Shown one piece after another: positions 9,122 through 18,759 of a DNA stretch of 64,000 bases. The translations under genes and the position numbers were made by a program. The DNA is taken from positions 288,932 through 352,931 of the forward strand of contig CBDBLZ010000020.1 in NCBI GenBank assembly GCA_965207385.1, given 5' to 3'. Position 1 is the stretch's first letter. The number at the start of each line of letters is the position of its first letter. This stretch comes from Rhodothermales bacterium. GTDB lineage: Bacteria; Bacteroidota; Rhodothermia; Rhodothermales; Bin80. Under the pieces are notes generated by a model that saw only the letters and a program-made list of their open reading frames with translations, made no database searches and was not told the origin of the DNA.

Positions 9122-10498
9122 ATGGCTGCCGAATTGACGCCTCGCGAAATCGTCGCGGAGCTGGATCACTATGTCATCGGGCAAACCGACGCCAAGCGTA
9201 CGGTCGCCATTGCCCTGCGAAACCGCTGGCGTCGCAGGAATGCGCCGGAGGACATGCGCGAGGAGATCATGCCGAGCAACATCGTCATGATCGGCCCTAC
9301 GGGCGTGGGCAAGACCGAGATTGCCCGCAGGCTTGCACGCCTGGCTCATGCACCCTTCATGAAGGTCGAGGCCACCAAATTCACCGAAGTGGGCTATGTT
9401 GGAAGGGACGTGGACAGCATGATCCGGGACCTTGCCGACATTGCTGTCAACATGGTGCGCGAAGAGCATCAGGACCGCGTCACGGGCCGTGCCAGGGAGC
9501 TTGCCGAGGACCGTGTGCTGGAACTGCTACTTCCCGAGACTCCGGTGACGGCCGTGGCGGCTACCGGCCCCGAAGACGACCGTGTCGCGGGCGCCGATGG
9601 CGAGGCGCGCAGGGCGCGTACCAGGGACCGGTTTCGTGCCATGCTGCGAAGCGGCAAGCTTGACGAGCGCGAAATAGAAATAGAAGTGGCCTCCGACGGA
9701 GCCCCCATGCTGCAGGTTTTCGGCCCCATGGGACTGGAAGAGATGGGCATGAACATCCAGGAGCTCTTCGGCAACATGGGCGGACGCCGCAGAAAGAAGC
9801 GGCGAGTCACGGTGGCAGACGCCCTTGAGCTGCTCGCCAAGGAGGAGGCCCAGAAGCTGATTGACATGGACAAGGTCACGGGCGAGGCCCTTGACCGCGT
9901 GCAGCAAACCGGAATTGTATTCATCGACGAGATCGACAAGGTGGCAAGCCGCAGTGCGGGCGGCCGCAGCGGACCCGATGTCTCGCGAGAGGGCGTGCAG
10001 CGGGACCTGCTTCCCATTGTGGAGGGCTCCAACGTTACCACCAAGTACGGCATGGTTCGCACGGACCATATCCTTTTCATTGCCAGCGGCGCCTTTAACG
10101 TGGCCAAACCCAGCGACCTGATCCCGGAGCTGCAGGGTCGCTTCCCTATTCGTGTAGAACTGCGGAGCCTTACGGAAGAGGACTTCTATCTCATCCTTAC
10201 GCAGCCCAGAAATGCCCTGCTGAAGCAGTACGAAGCGCTACTGGCCAGCGAGAGCGTGGCCATAGAATTCACGGACGATGCCGTCCGCCGGATTGCCCAC
10301 ACAGCAGCGCAGGTTAACAGCGACGTCGAGAACATCGGGGCAAGGCGCCTTCACACCATTCTGACGACACTCCTAGAAGACATCCTGTTCGAGGCCGATG
10401 GCAGCGGGCCCGAACGTCTCCGGATCGACGGCGCCACCGTCGACCGGAAGCTGCAGGACATTGTCGAAAACCGCGACCTGAGCCAGTACATCCTGTAG
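9122..10498 (+). CDS. hslU: ATP-dependent protease HslVU, AAA+ ATPase subunit HslU
   Basis: 458 aa with [17 protein letters not shown], Walker [16 protein letters not shown], Walker [21 protein letters not shown] and a C-terminal DLSQYIL. Confidence 0.96.
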   Translation: MAAELTPREIVAELDHYVIGQTDAKRTVAIALRNRWRRRNAPEDMREEIMPSNIVMIGPTGVGKTEIARRLARLAHAPFMKVEATKFTEVGYVGRDVDSMIRDLADIAVNMVREEHQDRVTGRARELAEDRVLELLLPETPVTAVAATGPEDDRVAGADGEARRARTRDRFRAMLRSGKLDEREIEIEVASDGAPMLQVFGPMGLEEMGMNIQELFGNMGGRRRKKRRVTVADALELLAKEEAQKLIDMDKVTGEALDRVQQTGIVFIDEIDKVASRSAGGRSGPDVSREGVQRDLLPIVEGSNVTTKYGMVRTDHILFIASGAFNVAKPSDLIPELQGRFPIRVELRSLTEEDFYLILTQPRNALLKQYEALLASESVAIEFTDDAVRRIAHTAAQVNSDVENIGARRLHTILTTLLEDILFEADGSGPERLRIDGATVDRKLQDIVENRDLSQYIL

Positions 10499-10502
10499 CG
10501 GC

Positions 10503-11450
10503 GTGGAGTTCGAATCGGGCGCGTACCCTCTGACGGACAGCGATGCACGTGCGCGCTGGAATGGTCTGTGGAAGCACTCGCCGCAGCGCTCCGCGTTCAC
10601 GTCTCTGGCATTTGCCGAACATTCCGCGGCGGCATTCGGCATGCGGAGCAAAATGCACCTCGTCCGGGCGAAAGGGCGGGACGAGGCCGGCATCATTGTG
10701 CTGTACCGAGGCAAGGGAGCATTCCGGGATTCCCGGCCCGTTCCCTTTTCGCAGTACTCGTGCCTGCTCCTTCGCCAGTCTTGTGACGAAGCGGCTATCC
10801 ATCAGCGGCGCTCGGCGCTTGAGGCGCTGCTGTCCGCCGTGGAGCCACATTACAGGCACCTTCTGCTTCTCGTGTCCCTGCGGGATCCCCGGCCAGCCCA
10901 GTGGCGCGGATGGGATGTCCGGCCCCTGTTCACGTACCGTCTTCGCCCGACGGAGGGCATGGCGGCATGGTCCGAAGCCACGCGCCGGGCCTACAAGAAA
11001 CACGCCCACGCCTACCGCATCGAGGAGGACGCGGACAGTGCGTCCGACATCGTGCGCTGCTGCCGGCAGAGCTACGCCCGCCACGGGCGCCGCCTGCCCG
11101 CGGAACCGGAAGCGCTTACGCGCCTTGTGACCCGGCTCCGTGCATCAGGCTGCGTCCGGCTGTTTACCGCGCGCCGCGACGGACAGCTCGAAGGGGGACT
11201 AGCTATTCTGCACGACGGCCAAACGGCCCACTACTGGATCGCAGGCAGTCAGCCGGGCCGTGCCATGACCGTGCTGGTGGGACGCGTGCTGCAGACGCTG
11301 GCCACTGGCCGAGTGGCCCAGTTCGACTTCGTGGGCGCCAACACGCCATCCATTGCGGAGTTCAAGCGGCATTTTGGTCCGCGGCTGACGGCTTATTACC
11401 GACTGGAATACCGGGCCTCCATACTGGGCCGCAGCAAGGCCGGAATATGA
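10503..11450 (+). CDS. FemAB-like / BioF2-like GNAT-fold acyl(aminoacyl)transferase family protein
   Basis: 315 aa, GTG start 4 nt after the hslU stop. Its overall pattern (..SAFTSLAF.., YKKHAHAYRIEED, AHYWIAGSQPG, NTPSIAEFKRHFGPRL) matches what I recall of Acetyltransf_6/FemAB-type proteins in polysaccharide loci. The assignment is from memory only. Confidence 0.5.
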   Translation: MEFESGAYPLTDSDARARWNGLWKHSPQRSAFTSLAFAEHSAAAFGMRSKMHLVRAKGRDEAGIIVLYRGKGAFRDSRPVPFSQYSCLLLRQSCDEAAIHQRRSALEALLSAVEPHYRHLLLLVSLRDPRPAQWRGWDVRPLFTYRLRPTEGMAAWSEATRRAYKKHAHAYRIEEDADSASDIVRCCRQSYARHGRRLPAEPEALTRLVTRLRASGCVRLFTARRDGQLEGGLAILHDGQTAHYWIAGSQPGRAMTVLVGRVLQTLATGRVAQFDFVGANTPSIAEFKRHFGPRLTAYYRLEYRASILGRSKAGI

Positions 11451-13042
11451 CCCAGAACCCTCACGCAGGTCATCTTGCGGAGATTCATCGCCGATTCGGA
11501 GCCCTCCGCCAGGGGATTCCGTTTTTCGTGCCGGTTGCGTCGCTTCTGATTTTCTTGTTGCGAAGAGACTACGGCTTCGGATTCAGCGATCAGGACGAGG
11601 TTATTCCCTACCTCCTGCAGCTGCTAGACTCCTCGCTCTTCGCCACAGACTGGTTTGTCACGTACCAGACCAGTTCGTTCGGTCCGCGAACGGGCTTTGT
11701 ATGGCTCATTCTCCCGATCGCCAAGATTTTGGGGGTGCACGGCGCGTTCCTGCTGGTCTTTCTGGCATCCTGGACTGCCAGCGCCTGCGCAATCTATGCG
11801 CTCGCCCACGAACTGCTGCGGGACAAGGTAGCTGCCGCCGCCAGCGTTGCGGCCGTGATGCTGCTTACACCGAAATTCACGCTTGGCGGCAACGACCTCG
11901 TCGCCTCCATGCTGACTCCGAGCGTGGCGGCCTGGAGCCTGGCGCTGTGGAGTCTCGTGCTTTTCGTGCGCGGCCGCACCGTCCGCAGCGCAGCGCTGGC
12001 CGGGCTTGCCACTTGGCTCCAGGCCCTGGTAGGGCTTCAAATGGCCATGCTCATAGGCGTGCTGCTGCTCTGGTCCGGCTTCCGGTCCCGCTCGCCCTAC
12101 ATCTACGCGCTTGCATATGCGGCCGTTGCGCTGCCTGCACTGGCGCCCATAGCCGTGCAGCAACTGGCACCAGCGGCATCTGCGGACGGACCCGGTCTCT
12201 TCTACATTCTCTTCGAGTTCCGGGCACCCCACCACTACCTTCCCATGTCCTTCACGCGTATCTCCGCAGCGGGCTTCGGTTTTCTGTCTGTACTGGGCCT
12301 GATCGGATACCGGCTTCTCCGGACACATATGCGCGCAGATCACCGCAGATTTGTTCTGCGGACGCTCCTCGTCGTTGTCGCCGCCGGAGGGCTAAGCTTT
12401 GTGGGTACGGAAATCGTCCCGCTTTCCGCCGTCGCCAAGCTGCAGCTGTTCAAGATGACGGTGACCGCAAAAGTGATCCTGGCGGTGCTCCTTTGCGGCG
12501 CAGTAGCGCGTGGATTGCCCAGGCGGCTTCGCGCTGTGGGCGACGCAATTATGGACCACTCGCACTATGCGTCCGCCGCCACTTTCCTGGCGGCCGCGAC
12601 GCTGCTACTGGCAAGCCCTACGGTCCTGGGGCTGCGGGCCGAGCCCATTTCCCCGCTGGAGTCCTGGGCCCGAAGCGCCACGCCGCAGGATGCCATCTTT
12701 GCCGTTCCTCCTTCGTGGGACGGCTTCCGCAGCAGGGCGCACCGCGCAATCCTCATCAACTACAAGGCGTTCCCCTTTAAGCCCGGCCTGGAAGCCGAAT
12801 GGCTGGAGCGCCTGACAACTGCCGCACCCATCACGCTTCCTGACCGGGGCTACTTCGGCATCCAGGACAGTCTTGACCAGGCCTTCCTTCGTCTTCCGGC
12901 TTCCGATCTCAAGGCGCTCTGGAGGCGCTACGGCGCGCAGTATTTCGTGCGGGATCAGGAGCTCGTTTCAGCGGACTTTGAGGTGGCGTTCGAGGACGGG
13001 CCCTGGCAAGTTTATCGCATAAAGACAGTAGACCGGCCTTGA
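11447..13042 (+). CDS. polytopic inner-membrane protein, GT-C / O-antigen-polymerase-like (DUF6798-like)
   Basis: The track ORF 10901..13042 overlaps the previous gene. An in-frame ATG at 11447 (ATGA overlap with the upstream stop) gives MTQNPHAGHL... followed by at least 10 hydrophobic helices and a soluble C-terminal domain (FAVPPSWDGFRSRAHRAILINYKAFPFKPGLEAEW). The function is inferred from topology and neighbours. Confidence 0.55.
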   Translation: MTQNPHAGHLAEIHRRFGALRQGIPFFVPVASLLIFLLRRDYGFGFSDQDEVIPYLLQLLDSSLFATDWFVTYQTSSFGPRTGFVWLILPIAKILGVHGAFLLVFLASWTASACAIYALAHELLRDKVAAAASVAAVMLLTPKFTLGGNDLVASMLTPSVAAWSLALWSLVLFVRGRTVRSAALAGLATWLQALVGLQMAMLIGVLLLWSGFRSRSPYIYALAYAAVALPALAPIAVQQLAPAASADGPGLFYILFEFRAPHHYLPMSFTRISAAGFGFLSVLGLIGYRLLRTHMRADHRRFVLRTLLVVVAAGGLSFVGTEIVPLSAVAKLQLFKMTVTAKVILAVLLCGAVARGLPRRLRAVGDAIMDHSHYASAATFLAAATLLLASPTVLGLRAEPISPLESWARSATPQDAIFAVPPSWDGFRSRAHRAILINYKAFPFKPGLEAEWLERLTTAAPITLPDRGYFGIQDSLDQAFLRLPASDLKALWRRYGAQYFVRDQELVSADFEVAFEDGPWQVYRIKTVDRP

Positions 13043-14544
13043 CCCTTCGTGGACTGAGAGCCTTCCTTGCCCGCCTCTACACCACGGAGGGCTTCAGGGG
13101 GCCGGTGCTGACCCTCTTTACAGGCTCAAGTGCGGCGCTGCTGCTCGCCTACCTGTGCGAGCCGATTCTCACGCGCCTGTACACGGCGGATCAATACGGC
13201 GTGATGGGCTACTTCTCGGCCGTGGTGGCGACGCTGTTTGCGGTTTCGTCCCTGCGCTACGATGATGCCCTGATGCTGCAAGAAAAGGATGAAGACGCGG
13301 CAACGGTGGTGTGGCTGGCCGGTGGTGTGCTGGCCGTGCTTCTTGCGGTCTCTGCGCTGGCGCTCGTCTGGCGCCATGACCTCGCGCGGCTCGCCAACAT
13401 GCCGGAATTGGCCCCGTTCCTGATACTGGTGCCTGCGACGCTTCTGGCGATGCGGATGGCCAGGACAAGCGAGCTATGGCTGATGCGTTCCAAGGCCTAC
13501 CGCCACGTCACGGCTGGGCAAATTGCCAATACCACGACCGTGGTTACCTCTCGCATCGCCGTGGGGATACCGCCTCTCAGCGTCGGCGCGGCCGGGCTCA
13601 GCGCTGGTGCGGCAGGCCTGGTTGGGGGCTTTCTGGCCGGCAACGTCGCCTCGGCAGCCTTCAACGTCACATCCTCGCTGCGTCGCAGCGGCCGGGTATT
13701 GCTGCGCCGGCCCGGCATCACCGCCGTCCTTCACATGGCCAGGCGGTACAAGAGGTTCTTCCTCTTTTCGACACCTTCCAGCCTGGTCGCGACTCTCGTC
13801 TACCGCCTGCCGATTTTCCTGATTCCGGTCTACTTCGCCGATGACGAGCTCGGATACTATGTCAAGGCCTTCGCTGCTCTGGCCATACCGCTCAGCTACG
13901 CCGGCAATGCCGTCTCGCGCGTCTTCTTCGTCCATGCAGCCGAAGCCCGGCTTGCCCAGCTCCGTGGCAGACTCACCGACATCAGCACCATGGTGCATCG
14001 GCGCCTTGTAATGATTGGCCTGTTCCCTACCCTGGTTCTGATGGTGGCCGGGCCCGACATATTTGCCGTCGTCTTCGGAGAGGATGTCGGACAGAACTGG
14101 CGCACTGCCGGCATCTACGTGCAATATATCGCGCCGTGGCTGTTCTTCGGCTCTATAGTAAGTCCCCTGACCCGCATCTTTGATGTGCTGGAGCGCCAGC
14201 GCCTGGACCTGGCCACTAGCCTCGTCGCTTGCACGTGCATGATTGCTGCCCTGATTATAGGTGGTCGGACCCAGGACGTGCGACTGCTGCTCTTGGCTGT
14301 TGGAATTACGGGCTCGGCGGCGCGCCTCATGCAGCTGGCCATTCTCATGAGGCTGGCACGCAGCAACCTCAGCCAAATCCTGGGCGCCTATGGGCACTAT
14401 GGCCTCTACTCCGCTCCGGGCCTGATGATAATCGCGGGCGCGCTTGCGCTTGGCATCCCCTGGCTTACAACCGTCGCAGCCGTCGTCGCAGGCCTCATCT
14501 TCGCCGGACTCGTGCTGCGCGAGGAAAAGCTGCTCAGCGTATAG
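13039..14544 (+). CDS. Wzx-like oligosaccharide/polysaccharide flippase (MOP superfamily)
   Basis: 501 aa, TTG start with a TTGA overlap on the upstream stop. It has about 12-14 TM helices. The N-terminus ..GSSAALLLAYLCEPILTRLYTADQYGVMGYFSAVVATLFAVSSLRYDDAL is typical of Wzx/RfbX. Confidence 0.72.
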   Translation: MTLRGLRAFLARLYTTEGFRGPVLTLFTGSSAALLLAYLCEPILTRLYTADQYGVMGYFSAVVATLFAVSSLRYDDALMLQEKDEDAATVVWLAGGVLAVLLAVSALALVWRHDLARLANMPELAPFLILVPATLLAMRMARTSELWLMRSKAYRHVTAGQIANTTTVVTSRIAVGIPPLSVGAAGLSAGAAGLVGGFLAGNVASAAFNVTSSLRRSGRVLLRRPGITAVLHMARRYKRFFLFSTPSSLVATLVYRLPIFLIPVYFADDELGYYVKAFAALAIPLSYAGNAVSRVFFVHAAEARLAQLRGRLTDISTMVHRRLVMIGLFPTLVLMVAGPDIFAVVFGEDVGQNWRTAGIYVQYIAPWLFFGSIVSPLTRIFDVLERQRLDLATSLVACTCMIAALIIGGRTQDVRLLLLAVGITGSAARLMQLAILMRLARSNLSQILGAYGHYGLYSAPGLMIIAGALALGIPWLTTVAAVVAGLIFAGLVLREEKLLSV

Positions 14545-15049
14545 GCCGGAAAGTCGGCGGCAGATGCGGGGAAAACGTCGACGCTTCCGGACTTGACGGA
14601 CCGTCGCCCGCTTCGACCTCCGTGCCGCAATACGTATCGAAGGCCTGCACCAGATCGGCCGCGATGACCTGGGCGCTGCGCCCCTCGATATGTCGCCGCT
14701 CAATCACGTAAGCCACCTCACCATTCTTGAAGAGCGCAATGAAGGGCGAGGAAGGAGGAATTCCTGCCAGGTATGCGCGTGCCCGCGCCGTCGCCTCCAT
14801 GTCCTGACCGGCAAAAACCGTGCAGTACAGGTCTGGCTGCTGGCCGTGCTGCTGGCCCAGACCGATGGCAGGGCGCGCCATGGCGGCGGCGCAGCCGCAC
14901 ACAGAATTGATGACGAGCACCATCGTACCGCCAGCCGTCTCGGAGAAAGCCTTGTCGACCTCGGCGGCCGTGCGCAACTCGCGCACGCCAAGTCGCGCCA
15001 GCTCCTGGCGCATAGGCATTACCAGTGCTTCGGGATACGGCATGTTCAC
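14534..15049 (-). CDS. bacilliredoxin (BrxA/BrxB, YphP/YqiW family, DUF1094)
   Basis: 171 aa that aligns by eye with B. subtilis YphP along the whole core: VMPMRQEL, the redox motif VINSVCGCAA, TVFAGQD.EAT and PSSPFIALFKNGE. It carries about 28 extra C-terminal residues that overlap the convergent flippase gene by 11 nt. Confidence 0.85.
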   Translation of the reverse strand: MNMPYPEALVMPMRQELARLGVRELRTAAEVDKAFSETAGGTMVLVINSVCGCAAAMARPAIGLGQQHGQQPDLYCTVFAGQDMEATARARAYLAGIPPSSPFIALFKNGEVAYVIERRHIEGRSAQVIAADLVQAFDTYCGTEVEAGDGPSSPEASTFSPHLPPTFRPIR

Positions 15050-15137
15050 CCCGGATCTAATATGATGTGCAGATTGGAATTAGACACGGACCTTGCGTAG
15101 TTTGATCCACTAGTCTTCCCGCCACTGCCAGCGGATA

Positions 15138-15695
15138 ATGCACGCCAGGTCTTGCCTCGCCTTCCCTCTCATGCTCCTCGGAGCAGTTCTTCTGGCATCC
15201 GGTTGCGCCTCCTCGGCTCCGGCCCTCCTGGCGGGAATCGAAGACCTGGACCAGGCTGAGCAAAGCATCCGCGAAGTGGAAGACAGGTGGCACGGCACCC
15301 CGTTTTTGCTCGGGTCCCGGAGCTCAGACGGAATAGATTGCTCAAACTTTGTTTCCCAGGTCTACGAGGAGGCATTTGGCGTAAGAATCCCGGCCACCAC
15401 GCTAGAATTGCTCGACCTGGGAACACCGGTCGAGCAGCGCTCCTTGCAGGCCGGCGATCTGGTCTTCTTCCAGCCGCCGGGCGCGGCCCGGCACGTGGGA
15501 GTCTATCTCGGCGGCGGAGAATTTGCGCACGCTTCCACCAGCCGCGGCGTGATGATTTCCCGCCTGGAGGAGAATTACTGGACCCGGGCGTACTGGACCG
15601 CCCGCCGGCTGGTCGCAGAGGATGCCGAAGAGACCGTCGAGCCTGTTCCAGTTACCAGGGTGCAACCTGCGCCTGGCCGCAGGGTCGGGTGGTAG
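15138..15695 (+). CDS. NlpC/P60 (C40) family cell-wall peptidase lipoprotein
   Basis: Has a lipobox (LLASGC) and the catalytic-Cys motif GIDCSNFVSQVY. The His region is DLVFF...ARHVGVYLGGGEFAHAST. Confidence 0.85.
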   Translation: MHARSCLAFPLMLLGAVLLASGCASSAPALLAGIEDLDQAEQSIREVEDRWHGTPFLLGSRSSDGIDCSNFVSQVYEEAFGVRIPATTLELLDLGTPVEQRSLQAGDLVFFQPPGAARHVGVYLGGGEFAHASTSRGVMISRLEENYWTRAYWTARRLVAEDAEETVEPVPVTRVQPAPGRRVGW

Positions 15696-15699
15696 ACCG

Positions 15700-16176
15700 A
15701 TGTCCATAGTATACCTTACCAGCGAAGCGCTGGAACGCCTGAAGGGCGATTTGCGCCGCGCACGCACGGTCGAGCGCGCGCGCATTTCCCGCGAGATTGC
15801 GGAAGCGCGGGCTCACGGAGATTTGTCCGAAAATGCCGAATACGACGCGGCAAAGGACGCGCAGGGGAAACTTGAAGCGCGCATTGCCCACATGGAAGGA
15901 GTGCTGAGCAACGCCCGCGTCGTCGACGAATCCCGGGTGGACACCTCCCGCGCCTTTATCCTGTCCCATGTACAGGTGCGCAACCATACCACGGGATCCG
16001 AACACCGGTTCAAGCTTGTCTCGGCACAGGAAGCGGACCTGCGGCTGGGCCGTATCTCCATTTCAAGCCCCATCGGAAAAGCACTTCTCGGAAAAGCGCC
16101 CGGGGACGTCGTGGATGTTGCTGTGCCGAGCGGCACCATGCGGCTGGAAGTCCTCGACATTTCGCGCGAGGCATAG
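15700..16176 (+). CDS. greA: transcription elongation factor GreA
   Basis: An internal ATG at 15700 gives MSIVYLTSEALERLKGDL...EARAHGDLSENAEYDAAKDAQ...ISISSPIGKALLGK. Confidence 0.95.
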   Translation: MSIVYLTSEALERLKGDLRRARTVERARISREIAEARAHGDLSENAEYDAAKDAQGKLEARIAHMEGVLSNARVVDESRVDTSRAFILSHVQVRNHTTGSEHRFKLVSAQEADLRLGRISISSPIGKALLGKAPGDVVDVAVPSGTMRLEVLDISREA

Positions 16177-16182
16177 CGCCAT

Positions 16183-17205
16183 ATGATCGACCTCAGAAGC
16201 GACACGGTCACGCGGCCGTGCGCGGGCATGCGGCGGGCCATGTACAACGCCGAAGTCGGCGATGATGTATTCGGCGAGGACCCTACCGTCAACCGGCTCC
16301 AGGAAGAAGTGGCCGATCTCCTGGGCAAGGAAGCGGCCCTCTTCGTGCCCTCCGGCATGATGGGCAATCAGCTGGGCGTGGGTATCCAGACGAGTCCGGG
16401 AGACGAAGTCATTGTCGAACGCAGCTGCCACATCTTCAATTACGAATCCGGTGCTGCGGGCGCGTTGTCCGGCGTGGTCCTGCATCCGCTGGACGGCGAC
16501 CGCGGCGTCCTGGGAGTGGACCAGCTGCGCAGAGCCCTCAGATCCGGCCAGTACTGGGAGTCGGCCTCGCGGCTGCTGTGCCTGGAGAATACGCTTAACC
16601 GGGCAGGCGGACGCGTATATCCCTTCCAGCGACTGAGAGAGTTGACGGACGTGGCGCGGGATGCGGGCCTTTCCCTTCACCTGGACGGCGCCCGCCTGTG
16701 GAATGCATCGGCCGCCAGCGGCACCTCCGAGCGCGACTATGCCTCGCTGTTCGATACGGTCACGGTCTGCCTTTCGAAGGGCCTTGGTGCTCCCGTGGGC
16801 TCGGTATTCTGCGGTACAAGGGAGCTTGTCCGCGCGGCGCACCGCATGCGCAAGCTTCTTGGCGCAGGCATGCGCCAGGTGGGCATACTGGCGGCGGCCG
16901 GACTCTACGCGCTCGCGCACCACCGCAAGGAGCTGGCTGATGACCACGCTAAGGCCAGGCATCTTGCCGACGGGCTTGCCGGGATCGATTCGCTTCGGGT
17001 GGAATTGCCCGAAACCAATATCGTGCTCATACACCTGTTGCGACACGATGTGGAAGCTTCATCCGCGGCGCTGGAAGCGGCCGGCGTGGCCGTCGTGCCG
17101 TTCGGTGCATCCACCATCAGGGCCACCACGCACCGGGACGTTTCCATGGAGGACATGGAGCAGGCCGCAGGTGCGATGCGACACCAATTCGAAGCCGCGC
17201 GATAA
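16183..17205 (+). CDS. ltaE: low-specificity L-threonine aldolase (PLP-dependent)
   Basis: 340 aa with [38 protein letters not shown] and [12 protein letters not shown] (the PLP lysine). Confidence 0.9.
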   Translation: MIDLRSDTVTRPCAGMRRAMYNAEVGDDVFGEDPTVNRLQEEVADLLGKEAALFVPSGMMGNQLGVGIQTSPGDEVIVERSCHIFNYESGAAGALSGVVLHPLDGDRGVLGVDQLRRALRSGQYWESASRLLCLENTLNRAGGRVYPFQRLRELTDVARDAGLSLHLDGARLWNASAASGTSERDYASLFDTVTVCLSKGLGAPVGSVFCGTRELVRAAHRMRKLLGAGMRQVGILAAAGLYALAHHRKELADDHAKARHLADGLAGIDSLRVELPETNIVLIHLLRHDVEASSAALEAAGVAVVPFGASTIRATTHRDVSMEDMEQAAGAMRHQFEAAR

Positions 17206-17296
17206 CACCAGAGCAACTCGACACATTCGCGGCCAAGAGCATAGGCACCCACAAGCCACAATAGCGATTCCCGAGAACCAGTAGATACAAGAATTT

Positions 17297-18547
17297 ATGA
17301 CCGCCGAAGTTGCCGTAATGAATCGCAAGGCAGTTGCATTGGCTGCAGATAGCGCGATGAGCATTGGTCATCCCGGAAAGACCTATCCGGTGAACAAGTT
17401 GTTTGCTCTTTCGAAGCGCCATCCGATAGGAGTGATGATATATCACAATGCAGAATTTATGGGTGTGCCGTGGGAAACACTGGTGAAGATGCATAGGCAA
17501 GCCATCAAACCCATAGGCAAGGCAACGGTAGGCGAATACGCCAACTCGTTTCTGGACTTCATTAAATCCGATACAATCTGCACAGAGCAGGCGAAAGCTG
17601 TTAACGTGGTTCGCATAGCCCATGGGCTATTCGGGAGAATCGCTCGAAAAGTCAAGGACCAGGCTGTCGACGGAGCCGAGCAGCAAGGCGCCTCTGTCGT
17701 CGATATCATTCAAGAGCACACCGACACACTTGAGAGCGCCGGCGTCTTGCCATGCATGGAGGAATTCGACGCCGAAGGACTGGTAAGCGCACATGAAGCC
17801 GAATTGGACGAAACGATACGTTCCTGCTTTCGCGGCTTGCGTATTGGTCCCACCGAGCGTCAGGCTCTGCACAATTGCCTTGCTGCCGCCATCAAGAGTG
17901 CCCGGCTGTCGGGAGGGTCTTCCGGGCTCGTTTTCGCCGGATTCGGTGAAGAGGAAATCTTCCCGAGCCTGGTTGAAATAGTAACGGACGGAGTATTTGG
18001 AGATGTCGTCAAGGCATATACCAAGAAACACGTTGACATAGACCGCGCCGGAATCGGAGCGGCAGTCATTTCTTTTGCGCAAAGTGAAATGGTCGGTCGC
18101 TTCATGAACGGAATTGACCCGGAATTCATGGCATACCTACGCCAATTCTTTGAAGACTCTCTGGTTAAAGTAGTCAGCGAATTACTCGGTACCGATTCTC
18201 AAGCCGACCAATTGTCGGAACAAGAGCTGCCCCAACGCCTTGAAATCGTGCGGGGCAACCTTGCAGATTTTGAGGAGGCCACCAATGCGTTTCGCTGGCA
18301 GCGGTATAACGAGCCGATCCTGGACATTGTTAATCTCCTTCCCAAGGAAGAGTTGGCAGGTATGGCGGAAGCGCTCGTGAGCCTGACATCGCTCAAGCGG
18401 AGAGTCTCAACCGAAGAGGAATCTGTCGGAGGCCCTGTCGACGTGGCCGTTATCTCCAAAGGCGATGGTTTCGTTTGGATCAAGCGGAAGCACTACTTTG
18501 ATCCCTCCCTTAATCGGGATTACCTGGCCAGACAATCCTTGACTTAG
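17297..18547 (+). CDS. proteasome-beta-like Ntn-hydrolase family protein with large insertions (function unknown)
   Basis: 416-aa ORF with an ATG start, in a clearly AT-richer stretch. The N-terminus is M-TAEVAVMNRKAVALAADSAMSIGHPGKTYPVNKLF. After Met removal this gives T1, D17 and K33, the same register as the HslV in this window. The C-terminus is ..STEEESVGGPVDVAVISKGDGFVWIKRK. Confidence is high that this is a real CDS and moderate for the fold assignment. Confidence 0.65.
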   Translation: MTAEVAVMNRKAVALAADSAMSIGHPGKTYPVNKLFALSKRHPIGVMIYHNAEFMGVPWETLVKMHRQAIKPIGKATVGEYANSFLDFIKSDTICTEQAKAVNVVRIAHGLFGRIARKVKDQAVDGAEQQGASVVDIIQEHTDTLESAGVLPCMEEFDAEGLVSAHEAELDETIRSCFRGLRIGPTERQALHNCLAAAIKSARLSGGSSGLVFAGFGEEEIFPSLVEIVTDGVFGDVVKAYTKKHVDIDRAGIGAAVISFAQSEMVGRFMNGIDPEFMAYLRQFFEDSLVKVVSELLGTDSQADQLSEQELPQRLEIVRGNLADFEEATNAFRWQRYNEPILDIVNLLPKEELAGMAEALVSLTSLKRRVSTEEESVGGPVDVAVISKGDGFVWIKRKHYFDPSLNRDYLARQSLT

Positions 18548-18561
18548 GCCAATCCACTCGT

Positions 18562-18759
18562 ATGCCCATGAAGCCGATAATACTCGACCCTCCGGACGAT
18601 CCCACCGGCGAAATCACTGACCCCCGCAAAGCCAGGCGACTCGAAGAAATTCGCAGGCAGGCGACGGAAGACGCAGAGCGGGCATTCAGAAAAATCCAGC
18701 CGGCCCTGCGAGAGCTGGCAAGGCAAGTGCGGGAGCAAGGATCAGGCAAGAGCGGATGA
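18562..18759 (+). CDS. small charged hypothetical protein (65 aa), possible partner of the upstream gene
   Basis: ATG 14 nt after the upstream stop, on the same strand. The sequence is MPMKPIILDPPDDPTGEITDPRKARRLEEIRRQATEDAERAFRKIQPALRELARQVREQGSGKSG, which looks helical and charged. I recognise no homolog. Confidence 0.35.
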   Translation: MPMKPIILDPPDDPTGEITDPRKARRLEEIRRQATEDAERAFRKIQPALRELARQVREQGSGKSG

